From Pseudomonadota bacterium (GTDB lineage Bacteria; Desulfobacterota; Desulfobacteria; Desulfobacterales; JBDRRP01), in NCBI GenBank assembly GCA_043825735.1, contig JBDRRP010000158.1, forward strand, positions 1 to 64,000: a stretch of 64,000 nucleotides of DNA, given 5' to 3'. Position 1 is the stretch's first letter, and each line of letters starts with the position of its first letter. Below the pieces are notes generated by a model. That model was not told the origin of the DNA and did no database searches. It saw nothing but the letters and a program-made list of their open reading frames with translations. Of this stretch, positions 1 through 12,627 are shown in pieces. A program made the position numbers and the translations under genes.

Positions 1-117
1 CTCGCCCCCCCCCGCCCCCCGCGCCCCCCCCCCCCCGTTCACGGTATCACCCCGCGGTTCCCAGGCTGATTTTGTTCAGTGATACATGAGAGCCGCAATT
101 TACCGGGGGAGTAAGCC

Positions 118-3100
118 ATGAGAAATAGAATATTTTTCGCAATTGCACTGGCGGGATTGATTATCTGGACCGGCGGGATCGCCTTGGCGGCTCCGAATGA
201 GGTGTGGGTGGATGCCAGTAGCGTGATTGCCACACCCACCGGGGCACAGGACAGCCCGTTCAGTTCGATCCAAGCGGGCATCGATGCCGTCAACCCGAAT
301 GGCACGGTCCACGTGGCAGCGGGGACCTATCACGAAACGCTCAACATCACCCATCAGGGCATTGAAATCATCGGCGACGACCGGGCAACGGTGATCATCG
401 ACCCCACTGATCTGGCCACCAATAATGCTGGCATCTATGTTGATGGTAAGAACGTAACGCTAAAGTCGCTGACACTGAAGGCCACCAAATCGAAATCACT
501 GCCGCGGTATGGCATCAAGTTCGGAGAAGTCGAAGGCGGTATCCTCGAAGATGTGACCGTCCAGGATGTCTACCGTAGCGGTATCGATGCTCTTGGCGCG
601 AAAAACCTCACGATTACCAACGTATCTTCCCTGAACAACGGCGGCCACGGACTTTCGCTGGTCGATTGCAATGATATCAAGGTAACCGATGTCACCCTCA
701 ACGGCAATGATTGGAACAATGTCAGCGTCGCCACCTGGGGGCGTTATACCCCGCTGGGTACGCGCGGCATCGTTTTCAGCGGCACTAACAGCTTCGAAGA
801 CAATTTCCAGATCGAGATGGGTGACTTTAACAACCCTGGCCTGCCGCCGGCGGGCGACGCCGTCATCACTTACAGCACCAAATTGGCTGATGGCGCTGAT
901 GTCACCGTGCAGGCGAGCGACTTCGGCTTCGCATTGCACGGCGAGCAGGATGACAGTCCCGCCCAGGTACGCGTCCTGTTAGTCTCGACACTTGAGAGCG
1001 CGGCTGTGTTGCCGGCGGCTATAGTGTCGGCTGGGGCGCCCATCGGGCACTGGACCGGCAAATCCCTGTACATTGAAAGTCTCTCCGACGGCACGCAGTT
1101 GTACGCGACGCCCGGCTGCAGCATCCAGGCGGCGGTGGATGCCGCCGGCGCCGGCGACACGATCAACGTGGCGGCCGGGACGTATGATGAGACTGTTAAT
1201 ATAAACAAAAGGGTTTCGGTCATCGGGGCAGGCAGTGACACCGATGGAACGATTCTCGTCAACACTGCAGTGCAAAGCGATTTTACGAAATTACCCGGTG
1301 TGCCGGGTGTGACTTATGGAAGTTATCGAGCAAATGTCATCTTGAGTGCGTCCGGACAAGATGTGGATCATCCCGTTTTGCTGAAAAACTTTCGTATAGG
1401 CCCCAGGCAGAATATCGGTTATCCGCGTCCTGCGATCATTCTTCAACCCGGAAGTGCGCCTTCAGGATATGTCGCTTCCTATTCCTTCATTGAATTGGAT
1501 AACATTAAAATCATCGGCCATGTGAGCGACGATACATCAGGTTCTGCCGGCCCTCCGGCTGTTCAGCCTGTATCAGCCAATGAGTGGGGTTTTGCGATCG
1601 ATGGCAGCACAAGCTTGTTTAATCTCATTGTAAAAAACTGCGAATTCACAGACATGCGTTATGGGATGATTTTCTTCAATAATGAAAGCAATCCTTCCGC
1701 TGCGCAATTTATTCAGATAAGCGATACCATCTTTGCCCGCAATTCCGTGAAAGGCTTTTATGCCGAAAAATTATCCGACGCCGCTTTCAGCAACGTCCGA
1801 ATAACGGACAACGGGAATATCGACCAATCGCCATATTATTGGGCCGATAGTAATGCCGGCATTGATCTGAATCTCAAGTATGGGGACTTTCAAAATATCG
1901 TCCTTAACGACCTTGTTGTTACTGGAAATGGATTAGGATCAAAAGAGGGGATGGGGCTTGGCATTAAAGCAAGGGATGATGGCGGCTACAGCACCAATCC
2001 CGCAACTTTGACTAATGTTCAGATAAACGGCGGAATTTTCACAGGTAATGAAAGAGGGATAAGGTTTGGCGAGCCGGGCCGGAACAACACCGGGCCAACA
2101 AACGCAGCCGTTGAAAACGCTGTGATTTCGCGGAACCTGAAAACCTACACCGGAACCGACGGATCGGCGTATGGTGATTTAATCAATGCCACGACATCAG
2201 AAGTCTTCAGTCGGAATAACCGGTTGGGAAGCGATATCGGGGCCGTTGCCGTCGATGATGACTGGTCTGGATTGACGGATTACGCAACGGTCACGGTGGA
2301 TGGCGCGAACTACTATATTAATTATAGTGCGTTTGCGACGATTCAATCGGGCATCGATGCGGTGGCTGCGGGGGGCACATTGCTTGTCGCGGCCGGAACC
2401 TACAATGAGCGCATCTCGATCAATAAGCCGCTGACCGTGCGCGGGGCGACTTTCGCTGCAAGCAAGAACGGGTATAGCGTACCCGGCAGCTACGCCTGGG
2501 ACGATACGATCGAGTCTATCATCAACAGTCCCGATCCGGCGCCCACCGGCCTGGTTTCGGTAGTACATATCCAAGATACCAGCGACGTCACCTTCGAGGG
2601 ATTCATCGTCCAGAGCCTGAACGCCCCCAAAAACAGTGCCAACGACATGCTGGTCACGATCAAGGCCGACACCGGGACGATGGATAGCATCATCATCAGA
2701 AACAACGTCATCGGCCCCAACACCAACGTCACCGACCAGAACGGCACCGCCGGGCGCATGGGACTTTATATCAGTGTCAACCAGTATCGGGAAAGCCCTT
2801 ACGGCCTGATCAACAGCACCATCGCCGGCAACAAGATTTTCCGCACCGAGGGCAATGGAAACAATATCTTCATCTGGGGCGCCTATTACAGCTATGGCGC
2901 GCGAAATCCCAGCCCGATGGAAGGCACGGTGATCGAAGACAACGAGATCTACGGCTCACACCGCAGCGGTATCGAGACGGGCGGCGGTATTTCCGGCCTG
3001 ACCATCAGGAACAATAAGATCTATGACAACAGCGGCCTGCCCACCGATGATCCGAACAGTTTGAAGTACGGCAACGGTATCGTCTTGGTCAGGGGCTCCA

Positions 3101-6100
3101 GCGACAGCGGCGACAAGATCGGTCTCGGTCCGGAAGATCTGACCATCACCGGCAATGAGATCACCGGCAATGAAAAGAACGGCATCTACATGGGGCCGGT
3201 GAACAAGAACTACACCATTTCCGGCAACACTATTCACGACAACGGCTGGGACGGCATCCGGCTGGACATGGAAGCGCATTTCAAGAACCCGACATTCGAG
3301 CCGGGAGACAGGGTCGGTTTTTTTGACCAAAGTGAGAACATCATCGCCCACCTCAACAAAATCTATAACAATGCCGGACTCGGTATCCGGGTCATCGGCG
3401 CACCGACAAACGGTTTTGTCCTGGATGCCGTGAACAACTGGTGGGGCACACCGGAAACCGCTCAGGTCGCCAAATGGGGAAGCGACAAGGTCGATTTCAC
3501 CGGGTGGGCTCTGGACGCCGCGCTAGCTTCTTTTGCCAATAACAGCACGGCAGCTGTTGTCGTCGATGACGACTGGACGGGGGTGGCGGCCTATACCCAG
3601 GTCACCGTGAATTCCACGGACTACACCGTGAGCGTAAATGCATTCGCCACCATTAATGCCGGCATCCAGGCCGCCGATTCAGGAGGTACGGTCAATGTCG
3701 GCGACGGTATATACGGCGAAACCGTTACCATCGGTAAATCGCTCACGCTGCAGGGCGCTGGTGCTGCCAGCACGATGATCGTGGGCGGCGGCGGGGCCGC
3801 CGTCACCGTTGGCGCCGACGAGGTTACCATCAGCGGTTTTGCCATCGCAAATCCCAATCCCGGTACGGGCACCACATACGGCATCTCTGCTATCGACCAC
3901 AAAAACATCACCATCAGCGACAACAGCATCACGAATATCGGCGACGGCAGCGCCGATACGACGGCTTTCGGTATCGCCGTGGTATCGAGTGCCGCAGCCG
4001 TTACCGGTATCACCATCACCGGAAACAATATCGGCTCGGTGGTGTCCGGGACGAACAACAGCGCCGCCGGCATCGCTGTCGGCTGGACCACAGGCGATAA
4101 GGACATCACCGGGCTGCTGATTCAGAACAATACCATTTCAAATATTGCCAGTGACACTGGCGCGTGGCCGGCGGGACACGGCGCCTACGGCATTTTGATC
4201 AACCATGGCGTCAGCGGCGCCGGCCAGGTGAAGGGGGCCCAGATCCTGGGAAACGCCATCAGCAACCTCGAAGGCCTGTGGGCGCACGGCATCGGTCTGG
4301 AAGGCGACACCCCGAATGCCCTCGTGCAGGGGAACTTCATCGACAACCTGAAGGACCACAAATCGCCTTCCGATGCTGTGGCCGTTCAGGTCGAAGACAA
4401 TGACTCCGCCGGCTCGGTCACCATCAAGGGCAATGGCTTTACCAACGTCAACGTCGGTGTCACCAACGTCTCGAGCACCGGCACTGTTTCCGCGCAGTTC
4501 AACTGGTGGGGCGATGCCAGCGGCCCATACAATGCTTCATCTAACGCCGGCGGTACGGGTGCGGCTGTGCAGGATGGCATTTTGTACAATGGATGGTACG
4601 GCACACAGGCCGGCACCAGCCCGATGACCTATTACGTCAACACCAGCAATGCCGGCGCCATTCAGGCGGCCATTGACGCCGCCGCCGCCGGCGACACCAT
4701 CAACGTTGCCGCCGGGACGTATGCCGAGCAGATCACCATCGACAAGGGCCTCACACTGCTGGGCGCTCAGGCTGACGTGGAGCCGATGGCCTTGCTCAAG
4801 GGCATCCCCAGCGGCACCGCGCGTTCAGGCGCCGAGAGCGTGATTACCGGGACTTATGCCGCAAAAATCGAAGCGAGCAATGTCACCGTCAACGGGTTTT
4901 ACTTCGATAGCTTCAGGTACGGCATCAACGTGCATGCAACGGCGGGAACCGCTCCCGAGAATCTCATCCTGAAGTACAATCGCCTGATATCCGACAAGGC
5001 ATGGGTGGGAATTCTCGTCGGCGAGGGTGATACCGTCGGTGCCGGGGGAAGCGTTACATTCAGCAATATCGTCATCACCCATAACGACGTCCAAGTGAAC
5101 GCAGACTCCGGCGGCGATCCCTATGCCCTGTCGGGGATCGGGTTTACCGGCGCCAAGAATTATTTTGATTTTGTTACCTTCAAGAACGTCGAAATCTCTT
5201 ATAACAACATCATCAACACCGATCAGTTCGGTATTTTCTGCGGTGCTTCCACGGCCGCCTTCAGGTTCGACGATCCTGTCATCATGTGGAACTACATCCA
5301 TAACTCCAGAACCGGCATCAACGTCGGCAATATGAAAAACGCCGATATCAACAACAATTTATTCAAGGACAACCTACTGGCCGGCGCTCTGATCGGCGTG
5401 CTCGGCGGCAGCGTTGCCGATAATACTTTCCGTGATACGGGTCCGTCTCCTGATTGCGCTTCACCGGACACCGGTGGTCCATCCTACGGTTTGGCTTTGT
5501 GGGGAACGCAATGGGGTTTTCCGGAAGGCTCACACGATGCCGTTGTCACCGGAAACGAATTCTACTTCAACAATTTCTCGGCCGCATGCCCCGCGAACGG
5601 TGTCCTGGTCCAGGATGGGGCCGATGCAGGTACGATATCGCTTCACCTGAACACGTTTAATGACGGACGTGCCCTCACAGGAGCGGTGGCGCTGAAAAAC
5701 GATGCTTCCGGAAAGGTCTCTGCCACCAACAACTGGTGGGGCGACAACGACCCGAGCAATGATGTCACTGGAAACGTGGACTATTCCTCACCAAAGGTGG
5801 CCGAGACGATTCCGCCGGTCATCACCTTGTTGGGCAGCAGCCCGGTGACCTTGGAAGTGGGAACCGCTTATACCGATGCCGGTGCCACGGCTTCGGACAA
5901 CAATGACGGTGACGTCACCGGGAAGATCGTCACGGTAAATCCCGTGAACGTCAAAGTGGTGGGGGCCTATACCGTCACCTATAATGTGAAGGATGCGGCA
6001 GGGAATTCGGCGACGGAAGTCACACGGACGGTCAATGTCGTCGATACCACCAAACCGATCATTACCCTGACGGGCAGCAGCCCTACTACAGTAGAACTGA

Positions 6101-9100
6101 GTTCGATCTATACGGATGCCGGCGCGACGGCTTCGGATAATTACGACGGCAACATTACCGCGAAAATCGTCACGACGAACCCCGTCAACGCCAATGCGGT
6201 GGGGAGTTATACCGTCACCTATAACGTGAGTGATGCCGCGGGGAATGCGGCGACGGCGGTAACGCGGACTGTGGTTGTACAGGATACCACCAAGCCCGTC
6301 ATCGCTATCACGTCACCGGCCAACGGCAGCCACCTCGACGTTCTTACCCCGACGCTGACTTTTTCTGTCACTGAAATCAATCCGGGCTCAACGGTCGTGA
6401 AAGTGGACGGTGCTGTCGTCAGCAAGAACTCCGGCGACAAACTGGCATTGACGCAAAGCGTGGAAGAACAGACGCATACGGTGTCGGTTACCCATATCGA
6501 TGCAGCCGGGAACACGGGTACCGCCCAATCGACTTTCACCGTTGTCCTGGATCTGACGCCGCCCGTGGCGAAGTTCGTAAAGGCGCCTTCGGGGGGCATC
6601 GGTAAAAACGCTTCAGTGACCGTCGGGGGGATCGATGTCGTTTCCTACAGCTGGAAGCTGGATAGTGGCGGCAGCTACTCCGCTGAAATTCCGGTAGGGA
6701 CGAAATTCGACCTGACCAATCTCTCCGACGGCAATCACACGGTTTACGTCATCGGCAAAGATTCAGCAGGTAATTGGCAATCGGAATCGAATGCCTCCAC
6801 GGCATCCTTTACCGTGGATGCCACGCCGCCGGCCGGCGTAACATTGACGGGCGCGCCGCAGGACGGGAGCACCGTAGGCACGACCGCCTTCGATGTCACC
6901 GTCAGCGGACAGGATGTCAAATTTTACGAATATCGGCTGGATGGCGGTGGATGGAGCGCCAAGTATCCGGTATCGGTACATATCAAAGCCAGCAACCTGG
7001 CGGTGGGGGCGCATCAGCTCCATGTCAATTTCGCCGACGCCGCCGGTAACTGGCAGGGGAGAACTTCGCCTGCGACAAGATCCTGGACCATCAATACAGG
7101 CAGGCCGACGGCAGTCCTGTCCAATCTGCCCGCAAGCATCACCAACAACACATCCACGAATATCACTGTAAGCGGCGCCGCCGGCGGCGTTGCGATAAAT
7201 CGATACAAATACAGCATTGACGGTGGTACCACGTGGGCCTTTGGAACGACAGCGGAACCGATTGCTTTGGGCGCTCCTGTTATTTTGACCGACGGCGTCC
7301 ATATTCTCTATGTGAATGCCCAGGGTGTCAACGACAACTGGCAGGACGGCGCAATCGGTGAGACTACCGGTAGCGCGACCAAGTACACTTGGACGGTGGA
7401 TACCACCAAACCGGATATCGTCATTCTCGGGGCCGCCACCGGGGATCCCGCCTCCACCACGGTCCTCCTGTCGTGGACGGCACCGAGCGACGCCAATGGT
7501 GTTACAAAATACGACATCAGGTATTCCAAGACCGCGGTCTCAGGTGGCGACAAGACCGCGTGGTGGAACAATGCGACACCGATTTACGCCGGTATTACGC
7601 CGGCCACTGCGGGTGATCCGGAGGCCTTTACGATCCGCCGTCTTCCCACGGGCACGACTTACTATTTCGCGGTCAGATCCACGGACACGGCCGGCAACCT
7701 TTCCGGTATCGGTAATGTCGCCTCCCAGACTTTGGTTGACGGACGCCCCGCCATTACCGGTATCAGTTCGACGGGCGGCGATAACGGTATTGCACGGGAA
7801 CTCGGAGTCAGTGGAAGTAATTTCATTCTCGGCCGGAGCAATGTGGTCCGGTTTATCGGTTCGGCCGGTGTCTTCGATGCCACCAGCAAAGCGGGCAGTG
7901 ACACGGAGATCTATGTCGATATACCCGCTGGTGCTCCTGTCGGGGCTTATCTCCTGAGGGTGATCAATAACAACGGTGTGTCTGCATTGAGCACCGCTGC
8001 CTATAAGGTGGCGGCGGCGGCGGCGCCGCTGCCTCAGGTGACCGGCGTTTCGCCGGTGACAGGGCCGCGGGGCACTGATACGTCCATCATCATTACCGGT
8101 AAAAACTTCAGTACGGCAAGTGCCGCCGTTTCTCTGCTTTCGGGAACCGGGGTGTCAACAGCGCTTTCCTCCTTCCATGTGAATAGCACGACTCAGATCA
8201 CAGCAACGGTACCCGGCACGCTTGCCGCGGGCAGTTACAGTATTCAGGTCACCAATGTGAGCGGGACCAATGGTGTGAGTGCGGTCAGCTTCGAGATTTA
8301 TGAACCGGTGGTGCTGGCTGCCACCGATGTGGATCCCGTGTCGACGACCGATGGCGTCGGCATGCCCGCCGATGGCATAGTCCCTGTGGAATTAACGCTT
8401 TCGACGGACAACAGAGACGAGGCGAGCGCCGTAAGTTCGAGCACCGTGGAAATCGAAGCCAAACTCGATCCGGGTACAGAAATAACGGATGTTAGCGGCA
8501 ACACGTATACCGGAACGATCAATCCGCCGCGACAGGTGCCTGTCAGTGATGATCTCAGTGCGAAACTGGCGGCCGGATCGAACGCGGTGGTGTTCACCAT
8601 GGGCAACCCCGATCTGAAGTTGGAACTGAGCCAGAACGTAGCCATCCGGATGGATGTGACCATGCCCAGTGGCGATCTCCCCGTCATCTATTATATTGAG
8701 GCCAATGGATCGCTGACGCCTGCCGGTGTCAGTGGAGAGAAAGACGGCATTGCCTACCAGCCGGGAGGGACTGTTCTGGCGACGCAGGATGACGTACCCG
8801 AATCCGGGTATACGACCTATACTTTCGGTCTATTGCTGGATCATATGTCTTCATTTGTGGCAGGGACGCTGAGCACAGGCGGCTCTACTGGCACTGCCGG
8901 TGGCACGCCTCCTGGCCGTCACTGTTTTATAGCCACGGCAGCCTATGGGTCGTATATGGCGCCCCAGGTGCAGATTCTGCGCGATTTTCGCGACCGCTTT
9001 CTGCTTACGAATGCTGCAGGTCGGGCATTTGTGGAACGCTACTACACCTACTCGCCCCCCGTGGCCGACTATATCTCCGAACATGAAAGCCTGCGAGCAC

Positions 9101-9255
9101 CGGTACGCTGGGCCTTGGTGCCGCTTGTGGGTGTCGGCTGGCTGGCGCTTCAGTTCGGGGGATTGGTGCCACTGGCCAGCGTGGCGTTGCTTTTGATACT
9201 CATGGGTGTATCGGTTGGTGTTTGTTTCCGGAGACGCGTTAGGTGTCGTAGCTAG
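118..9255 (+). CDS. Giant secreted/surface protein: signal peptide, five right-handed beta-helix (pectin-lyase-like) modules, two DUF5011-like Ig repeats, further Ig/Fn3/IPT-TIG domains, C-terminal CFI-box-CTERM anchor and TM helix
   Basis: 3045-aa ORF with GGGGGAG RBS; N-terminal [24 protein letters not shown] signal; recurrent IQxxIDAxxxGxTxxVAAGTY module caps; [16 protein letters not shown]...YTVTYNVxDAAGN twice; Fn3-like LSWTAP...[20 protein letters not shown]...LRDFRDRFL...FVERYY followed by a hydrophobic helix and RRRVR tail. Confidence 0.9.
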   Translation: MRNRIFFAIALAGLIIWTGGIALAAPNEVWVDASSVIATPTGAQDSPFSSIQAGIDAVNPNGTVHVAAGTYHETLNITHQGIEIIGDDRATVIIDPTDLATNNAGIYVDGKNVTLKSLTLKATKSKSLPRYGIKFGEVEGGILEDVTVQDVYRSGIDALGAKNLTITNVSSLNNGGHGLSLVDCNDIKVTDVTLNGNDWNNVSVATWGRYTPLGTRGIVFSGTNSFEDNFQIEMGDFNNPGLPPAGDAVITYSTKLADGADVTVQASDFGFALHGEQDDSPAQVRVLLVSTLESAAVLPAAIVSAGAPIGHWTGKSLYIESLSDGTQLYATPGCSIQAAVDAAGAGDTINVAAGTYDETVNINKRVSVIGAGSDTDGTILVNTAVQSDFTKLPGVPGVTYGSYRANVILSASGQDVDHPVLLKNFRIGPRQNIGYPRPAIILQPGSAPSGYVASYSFIELDNIKIIGHVSDDTSGSAGPPAVQPVSANEWGFAIDGSTSLFNLIVKNCEFTDMRYGMIFFNNESNPSAAQFIQISDTIFARNSVKGFYAEKLSDAAFSNVRITDNGNIDQSPYYWADSNAGIDLNLKYGDFQNIVLNDLVVTGNGLGSKEGMGLGIKARDDGGYSTNPATLTNVQINGGIFTGNERGIRFGEPGRNNTGPTNAAVENAVISRNLKTYTGTDGSAYGDLINATTSEVFSRNNRLGSDIGAVAVDDDWSGLTDYATVTVDGANYYINYSAFATIQSGIDAVAAGGTLLVAAGTYNERISINKPLTVRGATFAASKNGYSVPGSYAWDDTIESIINSPDPAPTGLVSVVHIQDTSDVTFEGFIVQSLNAPKNSANDMLVTIKADTGTMDSIIIRNNVIGPNTNVTDQNGTAGRMGLYISVNQYRESPYGLINSTIAGNKIFRTEGNGNNIFIWGAYYSYGARNPSPMEGTVIEDNEIYGSHRSGIETGGGISGLTIRNNKIYDNSGLPTDDPNSLKYGNGIVLVRGSSDSGDKIGLGPEDLTITGNEITGNEKNGIYMGPVNKNYTISGNTIHDNGWDGIRLDMEAHFKNPTFEPGDRVGFFDQSENIIAHLNKIYNNAGLGIRVIGAPTNGFVLDAVNNWWGTPETAQVAKWGSDKVDFTGWALDAALASFANNSTAAVVVDDDWTGVAAYTQVTVNSTDYTVSVNAFATINAGIQAADSGGTVNVGDGIYGETVTIGKSLTLQGAGAASTMIVGGGGAAVTVGADEVTISGFAIANPNPGTGTTYGISAIDHKNITISDNSITNIGDGSADTTAFGIAVVSSAAAVTGITITGNNIGSVVSGTNNSAAGIAVGWTTGDKDITGLLIQNNTISNIASDTGAWPAGHGAYGILINHGVSGAGQVKGAQILGNAISNLEGLWAHGIGLEGDTPNALVQGNFIDNLKDHKSPSDAVAVQVEDNDSAGSVTIKGNGFTNVNVGVTNVSSTGTVSAQFNWWGDASGPYNASSNAGGTGAAVQDGILYNGWYGTQAGTSPMTYYVNTSNAGAIQAAIDAAAAGDTINVAAGTYAEQITIDKGLTLLGAQADVEPMALLKGIPSGTARSGAESVITGTYAAKIEASNVTVNGFYFDSFRYGINVHATAGTAPENLILKYNRLISDKAWVGILVGEGDTVGAGGSVTFSNIVITHNDVQVNADSGGDPYALSGIGFTGAKNYFDFVTFKNVEISYNNIINTDQFGIFCGASTAAFRFDDPVIMWNYIHNSRTGINVGNMKNADINNNLFKDNLLAGALIGVLGGSVADNTFRDTGPSPDCASPDTGGPSYGLALWGTQWGFPEGSHDAVVTGNEFYFNNFSAACPANGVLVQDGADAGTISLHLNTFNDGRALTGAVALKNDASGKVSATNNWWGDNDPSNDVTGNVDYSSPKVAETIPPVITLLGSSPVTLEVGTAYTDAGATASDNNDGDVTGKIVTVNPVNVKVVGAYTVTYNVKDAAGNSATEVTRTVNVVDTTKPIITLTGSSPTTVELSSIYTDAGATASDNYDGNITAKIVTTNPVNANAVGSYTVTYNVSDAAGNAATAVTRTVVVQDTTKPVIAITSPANGSHLDVLTPTLTFSVTEINPGSTVVKVDGAVVSKNSGDKLALTQSVEEQTHTVSVTHIDAAGNTGTAQSTFTVVLDLTPPVAKFVKAPSGGIGKNASVTVGGIDVVSYSWKLDSGGSYSAEIPVGTKFDLTNLSDGNHTVYVIGKDSAGNWQSESNASTASFTVDATPPAGVTLTGAPQDGSTVGTTAFDVTVSGQDVKFYEYRLDGGGWSAKYPVSVHIKASNLAVGAHQLHVNFADAAGNWQGRTSPATRSWTINTGRPTAVLSNLPASITNNTSTNITVSGAAGGVAINRYKYSIDGGTTWAFGTTAEPIALGAPVILTDGVHILYVNAQGVNDNWQDGAIGETTGSATKYTWTVDTTKPDIVILGAATGDPASTTVLLSWTAPSDANGVTKYDIRYSKTAVSGGDKTAWWNNATPIYAGITPATAGDPEAFTIRRLPTGTTYYFAVRSTDTAGNLSGIGNVASQTLVDGRPAITGISSTGGDNGIARELGVSGSNFILGRSNVVRFIGSAGVFDATSKAGSDTEIYVDIPAGAPVGAYLLRVINNNGVSALSTAAYKVAAAAAPLPQVTGVSPVTGPRGTDTSIIITGKNFSTASAAVSLLSGTGVSTALSSFHVNSTTQITATVPGTLAAGSYSIQVTNVSGTNGVSAVSFEIYEPVVLAATDVDPVSTTDGVGMPADGIVPVELTLSTDNRDEASAVSSSTVEIEAKLDPGTEITDVSGNTYTGTINPPRQVPVSDDLSAKLAAGSNAVVFTMGNPDLKLELSQNVAIRMDVTMPSGDLPVIYYIEANGSLTPAGVSGEKDGIAYQPGGTVLATQDDVPESGYTTYTFGLLLDHMSSFVAGTLSTGGSTGTAGGTPPGRHCFIATAAYGSYMAPQVQILRDFRDRFLLTNAAGRAFVERYYTYSPPVADYISEHESLRAPVRWALVPLVGVGWLALQFGGLVPLASVALLLILMGVSVGVCFRRRVRCRS
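5812..6285 (+). repeat. Tandem pair of DUF5011-like Ig-domain coding repeats inside the giant protein
   Basis: Two ~80-codon units sharing DNA such as gatgccgg(t/c)gc(c/g)acggcttcgga and tataccgtcacctataa; boundaries approximate. Confidence 0.75.
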
Positions 9256-9281
9256 AATGGAACCTTAAAACGCATGATCGC

Positions 9282-10001
9282 ATGAACATCAACGGCACGG
9301 TCACCAAAAGGTTCGGCATGGCGTTTGCCACCCTGCCCACAGGCACTTTTGTCATGGGCGGGGATTCGGTTATTGAGCAGGCCGATGAGAACGAATCGCC
9401 GAAGCACCGGGTGACATTCGAAAGACCCTTTGCCGTGGGGATGTATGCGGTGACCCAGGCCCAGTGGCAGGAAGTCATGGGCGGCAATCCCAGCCGGTTC
9501 ATCGGGAATGATCATCCTGTGGAAATGGTTTCTCACGGGGATGCCTGCGAATTTATCGCCCGCCTGAACCAACGGGAAAATACTACCGCGTACGCGCTGC
9601 CGACCGAGGCGCAATGGGAGTATGCCGCCAGGGCGGGCTCACAAAGCACCTATTGCTTCGGCCACGATCGATCGAGATTGGCCGAGTTCGCATGGTATAA
9701 AAAGAACAGCGCCGATGCGACGCATCCCGTTGGACAGTTATCCCCCAATGACTGGGGATTGTTCGACATGCACGGCAACGTTCACGAATGGTGTTCGGAC
9801 TGGTTTGATCGAAACTACTATGCCAAAGCGCCTTCAAAAGATCCGGCGGGGCCCGACAAAGGATTGGCGAAAGCCTTGCGGGGCGGCGATTGGGGCTCTG
9901 AAGACTGGTACTGCCGGTGCGCCATCCGCAGTCTCGGTTCACCGGATCGCCGGAGCCCGCGGGTCGGGTTTCGGGTGGTTATGTCCGTCGATGAAGATTG
10001 A
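9282..10001 (+). CDS. Formylglycine-generating-enzyme (FGE-sulfatase/SUMF1) domain protein
   Basis: GTFVMGG, ESPKHRV, VTQAQW, HPVEMVS, LPTEAQWEYAARAG, PNDWGLFDMHGNVHEWC, RGGDW, VGFRVV motifs. Confidence 0.9.
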   Translation: MNINGTVTKRFGMAFATLPTGTFVMGGDSVIEQADENESPKHRVTFERPFAVGMYAVTQAQWQEVMGGNPSRFIGNDHPVEMVSHGDACEFIARLNQRENTTAYALPTEAQWEYAARAGSQSTYCFGHDRSRLAEFAWYKKNSADATHPVGQLSPNDWGLFDMHGNVHEWCSDWFDRNYYAKAPSKDPAGPDKGLAKALRGGDWGSEDWYCRCAIRSLGSPDRRSPRVGFRVVMSVDED

Positions 10002-10827
10002 GGGACTTCATATGCGAGGCGATGAGCGTTTCGATAAAACGAACCATATTGTCCATCGTAATCTCCGGCTGTTCAAAATGGGGCGTGTGGCGGCAGTTAT
10101 CGATCAGGTAGGTGGTTGCTTGCGGCACATGGGTTTTGATGGATTCAAGCTGTTTGGGGGTGCCGTACTGGTCATCACGGCCTTGCAGAGCCAGCATGGG
10201 GACCTTGATCGATTTTAGGTATTTTTCAATATTGAAGTGCATGAACCGGGGATTCAGCCAGACACCGTTCCACCCGTAAAAGGCATTGTCCGTATTGCGC
10301 CCATGGTATTTTTCGAGCCCTTTTTTCAACTCGTGGTGTTCATAGCTGATTTTGGCCTTTGCAATACTGTCGACACTGAGCGGCTCGCAAAATACATGGG
10401 CAGCTTCTGTAATCAGGCCCTTGAGGCCTTTGGCGACCGGGCTTCCGGAAAAGATGATACCGATGGACCCGCCGTCGGAATGCCCGATGAGGATGTATTC
10501 TTTGATATCGGCGGCCTCAATGACTTTCGGCAGGATATTCAACGCTTCTTTATGCATATAGTTCAGCTTCCAGGGCAGCGGGGCGGGATCTGAATTGCCG
10601 TACCCGAATCGAGAATACACAAGGGCAGGGCACCCGGCTTCCCGGGATAACCGGCGGGGGAAATCTCTCCACATGGCGCTGCAGCCAAGGCCTTCGTGCA
10701 GAAAAATCAGCCATGGCCGATCACTTCTTTCATTGTTGTGCCGCTGGATTTCAATTTTTCTTGATTCTATGGTTAAGAACGATGTCACACCAACTTCCCC
10801 CCGCGGGCGTGTCCGTTTCATTCCCAA
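9979..10827 (-). CDS. Alpha/beta hydrolase
   Basis: FLHEGLG oxyanion region, GHSDGG nucleophile elbow, QGRDDQYG acid, CRHTPH catalytic His; exact start uncertain. Confidence 0.85.
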   Translation of the reverse strand: MGMKRTRPRGEVGVTSFLTIESRKIEIQRHNNERSDRPWLIFLHEGLGCSAMWRDFPRRLSREAGCPALVYSRFGYGNSDPAPLPWKLNYMHKEALNILPKVIEAADIKEYILIGHSDGGSIGIIFSGSPVAKGLKGLITEAAHVFCEPLSVDSIAKAKISYEHHELKKGLEKYHGRNTDNAFYGWNGVWLNPRFMHFNIEKYLKSIKVPMLALQGRDDQYGTPKQLESIKTHVPQATTYLIDNCRHTPHFEQPEITMDNMVRFIETLIASHMKSLNLHRRT

Positions 10828-10837
10828 GCGCCTATCT

Positions 10838-10911
10838 GGGTCGGGATCGAAATCGATGTTTTCGGCGGTCGATACCGATCCCGATCCCGATAGCGATTTC
10901 GATTTCGATTT
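10838..10911. repeat. Intergenic CGATNN hexamer array with inverted arm
   Basis: cgatac cgatcc cgatcc cgatag cgattt cgattt cgattt (10870-10911) faces the inverted units gggtcg ggatcg aaatcg (10838-10855). Confidence 0.85.
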
Positions 10912-10960
10912 TCACACGGCGTTGTTGTGCAAACGGAACGTAATTATGACAATGGCTATA

Positions 10961-11010
10961 AAGCCGTCGCCGGCCGTTCCGTATGACCGGAAGCGGCTCT
11001 CGACGGCCTT
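10961..11010 (-). terminator. Bulged hairpin downstream of the acyl-CoA ligase stop; possible terminator or REP-like stem
   Basis: gccgtcg/cgacggc outer stem and gccgttccg/cggaagcggc inner stem; only a short T-run follows on the minus strand. Confidence 0.35.
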
Positions 11011-11031
11011 CAAGTGGATAGCGGCAGGCAA

Positions 11032-12534
11032 TCAACCGGCGGTATCGCGGTCGCGCAACACCCGTTTCAGAAGTTTGCCCGTTGGGCTTTTGGGCAGTTC
11101 GGTCACCAAATCCACGGATTCCGGGATTTTGTAATTGGCCAGATGTTTCCGGCAGAAGGCCATGATCGTCTCCTCCGTGGCTGATGCGCCGGTCTTGAGC
11201 ACGACGGCGGCTTTGACGATTTCGCCCTTGACCGGATGGGGGACCCCGTAGACCGCCAGCTCTTTGATGTCCGGATGCGTGTAAAGGAGCTGCTCCACCT
11301 CCGCAGGCCATACTTTGAACCCGGATACGTTGATCATGTCCTTGACGCGGTCCACGATGTAGACATACCCCTCGTCATCAACAAGGCCGGTGTCTCCGGT
11401 GTGGAGCCATCCGGAGCGCAGGGCCGCTTCCGATTCCGCCGGCCGGTTCCAGTACCCTTTCATAACGCCGGGCCCGCGCAGGCAGATTTCGCCCCAGGCG
11501 CCTTCCGGCACCGGCTGATCCGCTTCATCGAGGATGCGGACTTCAAAGTTTTCCACGGGTGTGCCCACGCTTCCGAATTTATGGCGAAAATCATGATTAT
11601 AGCATGCAAAGGGGGAGCATTCGGTCAGGCCGTAGCCTTCGTAGACCCGCCGCTTGAAGCGTTCGGTCCACTGGATGGAGATCTCCTTGGGCATAGTGGC
11701 CGCGGCGGAAAACTCATACCGGATGGAGGAAAGATCGTACTTGGAGAGATCCGTGTTCAACAGGCCGATGTAAATGGTGGGTACGGCAAAGAACATGGTG
11801 ATGGCCTGGGTTGAGATGGCCTCGAGTACCAGATCCGGGACGAACCGACGGAACAAAGACACGGTGGCGCAGGCGGTGAAGGCGCCGTTCATGATAAAGT
11901 CCTGCCCGAAGACGTGGAAAAGGGGCAGAAAGAGAGAGAGCCGGTCCTGTTGCCGGAAACCAGCGTGATGGGCGGTGGCCCACATGTTGGACACGACATT
12001 GCCGTGGGTCAGAGTGGCCCCTTTGGGAAAACCTGTGGTTCCGGAGGTGTAAAGCAGGGAGGCAGGATCCCGCGGGTTCATGTCGAGGGCCTGGAAGGTC
12101 TCTTTTGCCGGCGCCAGCCAGTCGGCCAGCAGGGGGTTCCCCTGACCGTCGCCTTCACAGATCACGACATGATTCAGGGCCGGGGAGTCCTCCGCCTTCA
12201 GATTGGCCAGCAGTTCCCCTGTGGTGAATATGGCCACTGCACCGGAATCGTTCAGGATGAACTTCAGTTCTTCTGATTTGAGCATGGCGTTGATGGAAAC
12301 GGCAATGGCGCCCATCTTTTGTGCGGCATAGTAGACGATGGCGAATTCCGGAATGTTCGGCAGAAAGAGCGCCACCCGGTCGCCGGTTTGGATGCCTTTG
12401 GCCGTCATGGCGTTGGCCAGTTGATTGGCCCGGGTGTTGAGCTGCCGATAGCTTATTTCGCGACCTTCGAAGAGGATGGCCGGTTTTTTCGGAAAAAACA
12501 GGGCCGCGCGTTCCAGATTCTCGCAAACGTTCAT
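11032..12534 (-). CDS. Long-chain fatty-acid/acyl-CoA ligase (AMP-binding family)
   Basis: YTSGTTGFPKG P-loop, YEGYGLTE, WLHTGD, DRVKDMINVSG, LPKSPTGK motifs; AAGGA RBS. Confidence 0.92.
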   Translation of the reverse strand: MNVCENLERAALFFPKKPAILFEGREISYRQLNTRANQLANAMTAKGIQTGDRVALFLPNIPEFAIVYYAAQKMGAIAVSINAMLKSEELKFILNDSGAVAIFTTGELLANLKAEDSPALNHVVICEGDGQGNPLLADWLAPAKETFQALDMNPRDPASLLYTSGTTGFPKGATLTHGNVVSNMWATAHHAGFRQQDRLSLFLPLFHVFGQDFIMNGAFTACATVSLFRRFVPDLVLEAISTQAITMFFAVPTIYIGLLNTDLSKYDLSSIRYEFSAAATMPKEISIQWTERFKRRVYEGYGLTECSPFACYNHDFRHKFGSVGTPVENFEVRILDEADQPVPEGAWGEICLRGPGVMKGYWNRPAESEAALRSGWLHTGDTGLVDDEGYVYIVDRVKDMINVSGFKVWPAEVEQLLYTHPDIKELAVYGVPHPVKGEIVKAAVVLKTGASATEETIMAFCRKHLANYKIPESVDLVTELPKSPTGKLLKRVLRDRDTAG

Positions 12535-12627
12535 GGAATGTCCTTTTCCGTCAAATTCAGGTGGTGTTTAAACGATCCGTGGATCTTGCCGATGCCAGAA
12601 ACTGCGGCCACCCCATAGGGTGGCCTC

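Noticed and set aside
9282..10001. FGE-sulfatase (CLec-fold) gene as a diversity-generating-retroelement target
   Set aside because: No reverse transcriptase, Avd or template repeat matching its 3-prime end was found in the window
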